From Desulfobacterales bacterium (GTDB lineage Bacteria > Desulfobacterota > Desulfobacteria > Desulfobacterales > SpSt-501), in NCBI GenBank assembly GCA_037481615.1, contig JBBFLI010000007.1: DNA of 64,000 bases, one strand, 5' to 3'. Position 1 is the first letter of the stretch. Every line of letters starts with the position of its first letter. The position numbers and the translations under genes were made by a program. Below are positions 37,563 to 45,644 of this stretch, piece after piece. The notes under the pieces are model-generated. The model did not search any database, was not told the origin of the DNA, and was given only the letters and a program-made list of their open reading frames with translations.

Positions 37563-38842
37563 AGGAGCCCCGCCCCGGCGGCGAAGAGAAGCAGGATGGA
37601 GGCGATGCTCAGGCGGGCGGCGAGCCTCCCCGCCTGCCGCATCTCTTCCCCCGAGGGCGAATCGGGGAGCAGCATCCGGCTGGCCGCCAGCCCCACCGCC
37701 CCCATGAGGGCGGGCCCCAGGATGGCCGCGAATTTGCCGATCATGTTGTAGAAGCCGAAGAACTCGGCCTCCCGGCCCTCCGGGACGAGCCGGGCGTAGA
37801 GGGAGCGGCTGAGCGCCTGCACCCCGCCCTGCACGAGCCCGATCAGGACGGCGAGCGCATAGAATTCCCGGCGGTCTTCCAGAAACGCCCCCCAGAGCGT
37901 CGCCCCCATGTAAGCCCCGAGCCCCAGGAAAATCGCCCGCCGCGGGCCCAGGCGCGTGCCGAGCCGCCCGAAGGCGAGCGCCGCCGGGAAGCCGACGAAC
38001 TGCACGACGAGCAGGGCGGTGATCAGGTCGGTCGCCGCAAAGCCGAGCGAGAGCCCGTAATCGACGGCCATGCGGATGATCGTGTCGACGCCGTCGATGT
38101 AGCACCAGTAGGCGGCGAGGAAGAGGAGCACCGGGCGGTGGCCGCGGATGTTGCGGAAGGTCGCCGCCAGGCGCCGGAAGCCCGCAGCGGCCGTCGCCCG
38201 GGCCCCGCGGGAAAGGCGGGACCCCCGCGGCTCCGGGACCCAGCGCAGCAGAAACCCCGTGAACCCCCCCCACCAGAGGGCCACGGTGAGAAAGGAGAGC
38301 CGCACCGCGGCTTCCGGTCCGGCGAGGCCGAAGGCGGCGGGGTAGAGCGTCATAACCGCGTTCGCCAGGAACAGCAGGCCCCCGCCGAGGTAGCCCAGGG
38401 CGAAGCCGAGGCTCGAGACGGCATCCAGGCGCCCCGGCGGGGCGACGGCGGGCAGCAGCGCATCGTAGAAGACGTTCGCCCCGGCGAAGCCGAGGATGCC
38501 CGCCGCGTAGGCGAAGGCCGCCTCCGGCCACCCCCCCTCGCCGATGAAATAGAGCGCCGCGGTCGAGGCGACGCCGAGGTAGGCGAAGGCGGCCAGAAAG
38601 CGCTTGCGCGCGGTGGAGACGTCCGCCGCCGCCCCGAGCACCGGGGCGAGCGCGGCCGTGAGCGCGCCGGCGGCGGCGTTGGTGAAGCCGAGCATGGCCG
38701 TGCTCGCGGCGGCGTCCACGCCCGCGGCCCAGTATTGCTTGAAGAAGACGGGGAAGAAGCCGGCCATGACCGTCGTGGCGAAGGCCGAGTTCGCCCAGTC
38801 GTAGAGCGCCCAACCCCATACCGCCCGGCGTTCGGGGCTCAT
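37475..38842 (-). CDS. MFS transporter, UMF1 (Atg22-like) family
   Basis: Start at ATG 38842 (MSPERRAVWGWALYDWANSAF, the typical UMF1 N-terminus) inside a 2124-aa track ORF. 455 aa, about 12 TM segments. ATGA overlap with the upstream gene. Confidence 0.8.
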   Translation of the reverse strand: MSPERRAVWGWALYDWANSAFATTVMAGFFPVFFKQYWAAGVDAAASTAMLGFTNAAAGALTAALAPVLGAAADVSTARKRFLAAFAYLGVASTAALYFIGEGGWPEAAFAYAAGILGFAGANVFYDALLPAVAPPGRLDAVSSLGFALGYLGGGLLFLANAVMTLYPAAFGLAGPEAAVRLSFLTVALWWGGFTGFLLRWVPEPRGSRLSRGARATAAAGFRRLAATFRNIRGHRPVLLFLAAYWCYIDGVDTIIRMAVDYGLSLGFAATDLITALLVVQFVGFPAALAFGRLGTRLGPRRAIFLGLGAYMGATLWGAFLEDRREFYALAVLIGLVQGGVQALSRSLYARLVPEGREAEFFGFYNMIGKFAAILGPALMGAVGLAASRMLLPDSPSGEEMRQAGRLAARLSIASILLLFAAGAGLLYFVREPDPPRGGGAGGSRPASAPRSEAA

Positions 38843-39441
38843 TTCCCCACCGGCGCGAGGTAGAGCGGCTCCTCGCCTTGGGCCAGCCCGGCCAGCTCCC
38901 GGATTTCCCGGTCGCGGAAGGCGCCGATCAGCACACTCTGCAGATCGAGGGCCGCGGCCTGCAGGCAGAGGTTCTGGGCCGCATGCCCGGCCTCGAGGAT
39001 CGCGTAGCGCACGCCGCGTTCCCCGTAGCGGGCGGTCGTGCGGCCGAAGACCGCGGTGAGCAGAAAGACGGCGGGCGCCCGCGCGACCGGCCGCTGGTCG
39101 AGCGCCGCCCGGCAGAAGGCGGGGCGGAGGTCCTCGGCCGAGCGCCGCGCGAGCGCATGCGCGGCGGGCTCGTAGCGATAGAGGCCCGTCGGGAGCCCGA
39201 CGGCGTCTCCGACGGCGGCGTAGATCTCGAGAGGGTAGAGCGCGCCGGCCGACGGGGCCGTGCGGTATCCGTTCGGGTGGGTCACCCCCTGGGCCGCCCA
39301 CAGGAGCTGGGCGATCTCCTCGGCCGTGAGCGGCTCGCGGCCGAAGGTGCGCCGGGAGCGGCGCGCGAGCAGGATCTCTTCGAGCGAAAAGACCCCGCTC
39401 AGGCGCGGCGGGGGGAGGCGGATGCGGTCGGCGGCGGCCAT
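38839..39441 (-). CDS. SagB-type dehydrogenase domain / nitroreductase-family flavoprotein
   Basis: 200 aa. RRSRRTF...LLWAAQGVT...RTAPSAGALYPLEIY...GLYRYEP follows the SagB/ThcOx-type pattern. Confidence 0.8.
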   Translation of the reverse strand: MAAADRIRLPPPRLSGVFSLEEILLARRSRRTFGREPLTAEEIAQLLWAAQGVTHPNGYRTAPSAGALYPLEIYAAVGDAVGLPTGLYRYEPAAHALARRSAEDLRPAFCRAALDQRPVARAPAVFLLTAVFGRTTARYGERGVRYAILEAGHAAQNLCLQAAALDLQSVLIGAFRDREIRELAGLAQGEEPLYLAPVGK

Positions 39442-39468
39442 GGCGGCGATCCCTGCGCCCGCGGCGGG

Positions 39469-42400
39469 TCAGTGCGCCCGCGCGGCCTGCATGCGCCGGT
39501 GGAGGCGTTCCGCCCGCAGGAGGAAGGCCTCGAGCTTGGCGTGGATGAGCTGCGGGAAGGGCGAGCCGTCGGTTTCGATCGCCAGGAAGGGCAGTTCCTC
39601 GATGCCCTCGAGCACCGGGCCCAGGCTGCCGTCGAAGGCGAGGCGGTCGCGGGCGGTCATCGCCTCGCTGAGGATCGCCTCGGAGACGCGGTTCGGCATG
39701 CAGCCGAAGGGTCCGATCGCGATCACGCCGCAGCTGTGGCGCACGATTTCCCGCAGCGCCCCGCCGACGGTGAGCACGGCCTCGCCGGTCAGGTCGGGCG
39801 AGAGGTGCGGCCGGGCGTGTTCGATCACCGAGGCGACATCCGGCATCTCGCCGCGCAGCAGACCCGAGGCGGCGAGGATCGCGCGGATTTGCTTCTCGTA
39901 GCGGCTCTGGAAGAAGTTGCGCAGCTTGAGCTTGAGCTTCTGCAGCGCGCCCATCGGGTCCTGGTTGAAGCCGTGGTCGATGAGGTAGTTGCAGTAGTGG
40001 ACCCACTCGGCGACGGGCGCGCACAGGGCGGCGAAACCCTTCTCGGCGAGGCGCTCGGTCAGGTACTGGCGCGAGAGGGCGTCGCGGCGCACGAAGATCT
40101 CGCCGGTCAGGCTGATCGTGGGCACGCGGGCGGGGTCGGTGCGCAGCGGGATCGCACGGAAGCGCTGGGCGGCGGCGCGGAGCGCCGCGCAGAGGACCTG
40201 GAAATCGGCCCGCTCCATCGCGCTCCGGATGTCCGCCCACTCGGCCTCGAAGACGGCCATCGCCGCCTGCGGGTCGGCGGCGGCCGCGAGCAGCATGGAG
40301 CGGATGTCCTCCAGGGTGTCGGAGACGATCACCGCCCACCAGGCGTGCCGCTCGAAGTCCTTGTCCATGCCGACGTAGGAGTTGTCCGAAGAGAGCGCGA
40401 GCACGGCCACGTCGGGGATTTCCAGCCGCCGCACGAGATCCTCCATGAAGATCGCATACTGCCCGAAGCGGCAGGGACCGGAGCCGGTCGGCATGAAGTA
40501 GACCAAGACCTCGTCGGGGCGCTTGCCGTTGCGGATGTAGCCGAGCAGCGTGCCGGTCGTGAGGATGAGCGGCAGGCACTCCTTGCAGGAGGTGTTGGCG
40601 CGGCCGAGCTTGAGCACGGCTTCGTCGTTTTCGCGGGCGGCCCGGGCGTGGAGCCCGTAGCCCTTCAACACGGCGGCGAAGGCTTCGGTCCCGAGCCGGC
40701 CCATGGAGGGGATGAGCACGGTGACGCGCGGGTCGGTCATGGGGAGGGTCTCGCCCCTCGAGGTGACGACCCGGGCCCCCGACTCCTCGAGGAGGATGCG
40801 CGCGGGGCGGAACTCCGTGCGGCGCGGGGCGATGTGTTTCCGGGAGACGAGCATCCGGTAGGCGCGCACGATGTCGAGGAAGGCCTCGATGCGCGTCTCC
40901 AGGCCGGCGTCCGCCGTGTGGCTGTCGAGCTCGAGGGTGAGCGAGGGCTTGCGGCCGAGGATGTCCCGGAAGTAGGTGATGACGAAGGAGTCGGGCCCGC
41001 AGGAGAAATTCGTGATGTAGGCGCCGAAGAGCTGCGGGTGCCGCTCGGTCAGCCGCGCCGCCTTGAGGATGAGCTTGCCCATCCCCCAGTACATGTGCCG
41101 TTTGGCCCGCTCGGAGCCGAGATCGAGCGCCTCGAGCGGGAGCACGGCGATTCCGCGCGAGGCGAACTTGTGGGGGATGCCCTTGTTCGCCTCGGAGGCG
41201 TAGGCGCTGTAGGGTCGGCCGAAGAGCACCACGGCGAAGCGCCCGGGGTCGGCGGCGAGCTCCGCGAGCAGCCGGTCGCCCGCCGCCCGCAGATCCCGGA
41301 GGAAAGCCTTCTGGGCCTCGAGCGCGGTCGCAAAGGCCCTTTTCGCCCGGCGGGCGTCGAAGCCCATCGCGCGGGCCGCCTCCCGGAGCGGCTTCTCGGC
41401 GCTTTCGACCCCGCGGGAGAGGTCGAGCAGCGGCCGGAGCAGGCGCACGCCCCGGCGCTTGAGCTCCGCGAGTTCGCCGCGGAAGGCGGCCTGCAGGTAG
41501 TAGGTCTCGCCCTGGACGAGCGGGCAGACCTGGGACTGGAGGCTCGTCTGGGGGTCCGTGTTGGGCACGGCCTTGAAATGGGGCAGGAAGACGAACTCGG
41601 CGGGCTCCCCGGCCGCGAGCAGCCGGTGGCAGAACCCGTGGGCGAGCTCGGCCGGGTAGCAGAAGGGGGCGCCGCGGCGGTCCATGCCTTCCTGGGTGGG
41701 GGCCTCGGGCACGACGATGTCGAGGCCCAGCTCGGCGAAGAAGCGCGCGTAGAGGGGATAGAAGGTGTGCACGAGAAAGCTGCGGTTGATCGCCACCCGC
41801 GGCCGGCCGCGGGACTCCCCGGGGGAAAGCGGCGGCACCCCGTGGGTCTCGAAGAGCAGCCGCTCGCGGAGGCTCACGAGATCGAGCGCCTCGACGTCCA
41901 CGCTCACGCGGCGGCGCAGGTTCTCGTAGCGGTTGCAGGCCCCCCCGAAGGGGAACTTTCTCCCCTCGACCCCGATCACCCGGATCGCGCAGCGCCGGTC
42001 GCAGCGTTCGCGGCCGCCGCGGCAGGTGAAGCCGCCGTGGTAGGCCACCTCGCGGGAGGCGAGCGCCTCGAGATCGAAGCGGCCCTCGGCGATCTCCCCG
42101 CTGCGGATCCGCCGGTCGACCTCGAGCGCGACGCCGAAGGCGCCCATCAGCCCCGGTTCGGGGGGGACGACGATCGGCTTGCCGACGAGCCCGGCCATGG
42201 CGAGCGGCACCGCCTCGTTGTAGCAGACCCCGCCCTGCATGAAGACCTTTTCGCCGACCGGCCGGTTGCCCTTCACCCGGTTCGTGTAGTTCATGCAGAT
42301 CGAGTAGACCAGTCCGGCCACGATGTCCTCGCGGGGGAGCCCCTCGTGGATCGCGTTCTTGATGTCGGAGGCGATGAAGGCCGCGCACTGGTCGTTGAAA

Positions 42401-43821
42401 TTGGGCGGCCGCCGGCCCTGCAGCGCGATGCCGGCGATCTCCTCCATCGGCACCCCGAGGGTCTCCTTGGCCGACTCCTCGAGGAAGGAGCCGGTCCCGG
42501 CCGAGCAGGCCTCGTTCATCGCGTAATCGGAGGGCACGCCGTTCGTGATGTAGGTGTACTTCGCGTCCTGGCCGCCGATCTCGAAGATCGTATCGACCCC
42601 GGGGTCGAAGTAGACCGCGGCCGTCGCGTGCGCGATGATCTCGTTGATCACCCCGTCGGTGAGGGCGTGGAGCCCCGCGATCTGGCGGCCCGAGCCCGTG
42701 ACCCCCAGCCCCGCGATCGTGATCTCCCGCGGGTCGACCGCGGCGCGCACCTGCTCGAGAACCGCCCGGTAACACAGGCGGGAGGCGCCGACGGGGTCGC
42801 CGTTGGTCCGGCGGTAGTCGGAGGCGAGCAGCGCACGGTCCGCGCGGCGCAGCAGCACCGCCTTGGTCGTGGTCGACCCGACATCCAGGCCGAGCAGGCA
42901 GACGTCGCCCGGGCGGATCGTGCCGCGCGCGATCGACTTGAACTCCACCTGCGGGCGGAACTCGGCGAGCGGCGGCAGCCGGTCGAAGGAGGCCGCTCCC
43001 TCGACGAAGAGCTTTTCCATCCCGGGGAAGGGGCGGGTTTCGTTTTCGAGCGCCCAGAGGGCGGTCCCCAGGGCCTCGAAGTAGGGCGCCTCCTCGGGGA
43101 CCACGAGGTCGGGGATTTCCCGGCGCAGGTAGGCGATCATCATCCGGTTTTGCGCCGTGCCCCCGGTGACCATGACGGCCCGCCGCTCCACCTTCTTCAG
43201 GAGCTCGAGGATCTTGTTCGCCATCATGCGGCAGAGCCCGGCCGTCACCTCGGCCTTGGGGATGCCCTTGTTGGTCGCGTGGGTGCAGTCGGACTTGCAG
43301 AAGACCGAACAACGGCCGGAGACGGGGTAGGGCCGCTCGACGGCGGCGAACCGCGCGGCCTCCTCGAGGGAGACGTTCATGCGGCGCAGCTGCTGCAGGA
43401 AGAACTCCCCCGTGCCCGAGGCGCATTTGTTGCCGGTGATGACGTTTCCGATGCGGCCGTGGCGGTCGAGGACGTAGACCATGAACGTCTCGCCCCCCGC
43501 GGAGACGACGGCGGGGCAGTCGACGCCTTCGGGCTTGACGAAGGGGTAGGCCGCCTCGACGGCCTCGGGCTCGGGGATGGAGGTGAGGTGGACGAAGGTG
43601 CGGAATTTCCGCCCGGTGGCGGCGATGCGCTCGGCCGACGCCGGCTCGATCGCGGCCAGCGCCTTCTGCAGGGCCGCGCGCGGGTTTCCCTCGTGGGCCA
43701 GGAGAAAGACCCGGGTGATGCGGGGCTTCGCCCCCGGCCGCGCGGCGTCCGTTTCCAGACGGACGGCCGAGATGGTCGACGCCCCCAGGCAGATACCGAT
43801 CGAAGAGGATGCGCGTTTCAT
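39469..43821 (-). CDS. BCR/HAD radical-enzyme family fusion: 2x BcrAD/BadFG (HgdC-like) ATPase + DUF2229/2-hydroxyacyl-CoA-dehydratase-like halves (PlsA/PlsR-type architecture)
   Basis: 1450 aa from ATG 43821. ATPase module 1: IGICLGASTISAV, GNKCASGTGEF, SGRCSVFC. ATPase module 2: LGLDVGSTTTKAV, NEACSAGTGSF, NDQCAAFIASD. These are followed by Cys-rich CRGGRERCDRRC and two dehydratase-like halves (CYPAELAHG...; TSCKECLPL...GSGPCRFGQY). Confidence 0.9.
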   Translation of the reverse strand: MKRASSSIGICLGASTISAVRLETDAARPGAKPRITRVFLLAHEGNPRAALQKALAAIEPASAERIAATGRKFRTFVHLTSIPEPEAVEAAYPFVKPEGVDCPAVVSAGGETFMVYVLDRHGRIGNVITGNKCASGTGEFFLQQLRRMNVSLEEAARFAAVERPYPVSGRCSVFCKSDCTHATNKGIPKAEVTAGLCRMMANKILELLKKVERRAVMVTGGTAQNRMMIAYLRREIPDLVVPEEAPYFEALGTALWALENETRPFPGMEKLFVEGAASFDRLPPLAEFRPQVEFKSIARGTIRPGDVCLLGLDVGSTTTKAVLLRRADRALLASDYRRTNGDPVGASRLCYRAVLEQVRAAVDPREITIAGLGVTGSGRQIAGLHALTDGVINEIIAHATAAVYFDPGVDTIFEIGGQDAKYTYITNGVPSDYAMNEACSAGTGSFLEESAKETLGVPMEEIAGIALQGRRPPNFNDQCAAFIASDIKNAIHEGLPREDIVAGLVYSICMNYTNRVKGNRPVGEKVFMQGGVCYNEAVPLAMAGLVGKPIVVPPEPGLMGAFGVALEVDRRIRSGEIAEGRFDLEALASREVAYHGGFTCRGGRERCDRRCAIRVIGVEGRKFPFGGACNRYENLRRRVSVDVEALDLVSLRERLLFETHGVPPLSPGESRGRPRVAINRSFLVHTFYPLYARFFAELGLDIVVPEAPTQEGMDRRGAPFCYPAELAHGFCHRLLAAGEPAEFVFLPHFKAVPNTDPQTSLQSQVCPLVQGETYYLQAAFRGELAELKRRGVRLLRPLLDLSRGVESAEKPLREAARAMGFDARRAKRAFATALEAQKAFLRDLRAAGDRLLAELAADPGRFAVVLFGRPYSAYASEANKGIPHKFASRGIAVLPLEALDLGSERAKRHMYWGMGKLILKAARLTERHPQLFGAYITNFSCGPDSFVITYFRDILGRKPSLTLELDSHTADAGLETRIEAFLDIVRAYRMLVSRKHIAPRRTEFRPARILLEESGARVVTSRGETLPMTDPRVTVLIPSMGRLGTEAFAAVLKGYGLHARAARENDEAVLKLGRANTSCKECLPLILTTGTLLGYIRNGKRPDEVLVYFMPTGSGPCRFGQYAIFMEDLVRRLEIPDVAVLALSSDNSYVGMDKDFERHAWWAVIVSDTLEDIRSMLLAAAADPQAAMAVFEAEWADIRSAMERADFQVLCAALRAAAQRFRAIPLRTDPARVPTISLTGEIFVRRDALSRQYLTERLAEKGFAALCAPVAEWVHYCNYLIDHGFNQDPMGALQKLKLKLRNFFQSRYEKQIRAILAASGLLRGEMPDVASVIEHARPHLSPDLTGEAVLTVGGALREIVRHSCGVIAIGPFGCMPNRVSEAILSEAMTARDRLAFDGSLGPVLEGIEELPFLAIETDGSPFPQLIHAKLEAFLLRAERLHRRMQAARAH

Positions 43822-43860
43822 GGCTGACCCAGGCAACCGCTCGAATCACCGAAACAAACT

Positions 43861-43889
43861 CTCATAGTGCAAAAGAGATGCGCTGGCAA
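43861..43889 (-). promoter_or_regulatory. Putative sigma70-type promoter of the PlsA/PlsR-like operon
   Basis: Minus strand: TTGCCA (43889-43884), 17-nt spacer, TATGAG (43866-43861). Confidence 0.4.
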
Positions 43890-43972
43890 GGGGGACGGGA
43901 GGATCGATTGCGATTTCAAGGTGTTTGCTTCATGCCGCGTCAGAGCCGGCCGCGGGCGCGGCAGGCCCCCCC

Positions 43973-45460
43973 TCAACGGGCTTGCGCCGGCCGCGGAGGC
44001 CTCTCGGCCCCCGCCTCCGTCGGTCGCAGGTGCCCGGTGAACAGAGGGGAGGCCGCATAGGCGAGCATGAAGAGGAAGAGCACGTAGCCGTAGAAGGGGG
44101 TGAAAATCGAGATCAGCAGGGCGAAGGTCGCCCGGCCGAACCAGGGGTGGCGGCTCATGAAACGGCCGGCGTGGAGGTAGCGCACGGGGTAGAGGTTCAT
44201 CAGCAGGGCCGCCCCGACGAAAGTGAAGGCGCTGACCCAGGCCCAGAACACGGCGGCGGCCGAGACGTCCCCCGCGGCCGGGCCGGCGAGCACCATCGGC
44301 CCGGCGACGAGGAGCGCCCCGGCCGGGGTCGGCATGCCCTTGAAGAAGCCGGGGACGGGGTTTTTGTCGAGGGTGAAGTAGACGAGCCGCAGGATCCCGG
44401 CTGCGGCGTAGACGACCCCGATCGCGGCGGCGGGCAAGGCCTGGACGGAGGCGGCCGGGCTGCGGTCGAGGAGGATGACGAGCATCCAGGCCGGGACGAT
44501 GCAGAAGCTCACCGCGTCGGCGATGTCGTCGAGGAGAGCGCCCGTCGTCACCTTGCGCGGCCGCGGCTCTTCGCCGGGGAGCGGCTCGTTCAGGCCGAGC
44601 CGCCGGGCGAGCGCGCCGTCCAGCTTGTCGAAGAAGGCGGCCCCGATCAGGAAGAGCGAGGCTTCCCGGAAACGGTCGTGGTGGGCGAAGAGAAGGGCGA
44701 GCAGGCCCATGCTCGCGTTCATCAGGGTGAGCGCGTTCGGGAAGAAAGAGAGGATCTTGCGCCGCAGCCGCTCGTCGCCCAGGCAGAGGTCGTCCAGGGC
44801 GAGGTTGCCGTAGCGGCGGATCGTCGCCGCGATGGAGCCGAAATTGATGACGAGGAAGAGGATCTCGATGAAGAAGAGGGTCCGCAGCGGCGCCTCGCCG
44901 AGCTGGGCGATCCAGCGGTAGGGCGTCGTGGTGGGGCCTTCGGGGATGTAGAAGGCGTAGGCGTAGAGGAGCGCCCCGACCGGCGCGGCGACCGCCGTGC
45001 GCAGGCGGGTGAACTCGCGGTACTCGGGCTCCTGCTCGTAACGAAGCGCGACGCCGCGCATGAAGTGCGCGAAGTTGTCGCGCACGAGCACGGTGATCGC
45101 CAGAAACAGGACGAGCACCGCGTGCAGAAGCTCGGTGCGCGTGGGGTCCTCGGCCCTGTGCAGCCGCCACATGCAGCCGACGGCGACGAGCGGGAAGATG
45201 ATCGCGTAGATCAGCTTGTCGAGGATGCGGTCGGCGAGCTGGGCCATCTGGGGGTGGGGGTAGTAACGGGCGGCGAACCAGCCGTCGACCAGGTCGAAGG
45301 TCATCGCGGTGAAGAGAAAGACCACCCCCACGAGATACAAGGCGGGGCTTGCGGTCCACATGACCGCCACGGCGCAGAGCATGCCCCCGAAGACGAGCGG
45401 CAGCCGCCCGAAGACGAGAAGCGCCGTGATGCGCTGGGAGAATCGCACGCTGCGGGTCAT
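43973..45460 (-). CDS. Tandem CDP-alcohol phosphatidyltransferase fusion (two CDP-OH_P_transf domains)
   Basis: Start moved to ATG 45460 (MTRSVRFS), giving 495 aa multi-TM. Domain 1 motif is DLVDGWFAAR...ADRILDKL. Domain 2 motif is DKLDGALARR-(22 aa)-GALLDDIADA. Confidence 0.8.
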   Translation of the reverse strand: MTRSVRFSQRITALLVFGRLPLVFGGMLCAVAVMWTASPALYLVGVVFLFTAMTFDLVDGWFAARYYPHPQMAQLADRILDKLIYAIIFPLVAVGCMWRLHRAEDPTRTELLHAVLVLFLAITVLVRDNFAHFMRGVALRYEQEPEYREFTRLRTAVAAPVGALLYAYAFYIPEGPTTTPYRWIAQLGEAPLRTLFFIEILFLVINFGSIAATIRRYGNLALDDLCLGDERLRRKILSFFPNALTLMNASMGLLALLFAHHDRFREASLFLIGAAFFDKLDGALARRLGLNEPLPGEEPRPRKVTTGALLDDIADAVSFCIVPAWMLVILLDRSPAASVQALPAAAIGVVYAAAGILRLVYFTLDKNPVPGFFKGMPTPAGALLVAGPMVLAGPAAGDVSAAAVFWAWVSAFTFVGAALLMNLYPVRYLHAGRFMSRHPWFGRATFALLISIFTPFYGYVLFLFMLAYAASPLFTGHLRPTEAGAERPPRPAQAR

Positions 45461-45523
45461 CCCCGTTCGTTGCCCTGAGGGGCGGGCGGTGGGTGGGTTG
45501 CGCAACTGCCCGGAACTTTTTCT

Positions 45524-45552
45524 TTCATAGTCAAACGGCCGCGCGAAGTCAA
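45524..45552 (-). promoter_or_regulatory. Putative sigma70-type promoter of the CDP-alcohol phosphatidyltransferase gene
   Basis: Minus strand: TTGACT (45552-45547), 17-nt spacer, TATGAA (45529-45524). Confidence 0.4.
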
Positions 45553-45644
45553 GAAATCCCGGGCCGCGGCGCACGGGCGCGCGGCTTGTGATCGGGCGCC
45601 GGATGGGATAGCCTCGGCCGTCCCGAGCTTCCCGGGCGCGTGCC

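Noticed and set aside
38839-39441. SagB-type dehydrogenase as a marker of a thiazole/oxazole-modified microcin (TOMM) RiPP cluster
   Set aside because: No YcaO cyclodehydratase, E1-like partner, precursor peptide or protease lies nearby. The protein is the short stand-alone type and is operonic with a lipid-type radical enzyme instead.
37475-43849. Apparent giant 2124-aa ORF on the minus strand
   Set aside because: Only its last 455 codons (the MFS transporter, from ATG 38842) look like protein. Upstream, the same frame runs out of frame through the SagB-like and PlsA/PlsR-like genes, which are read convincingly in other frames.
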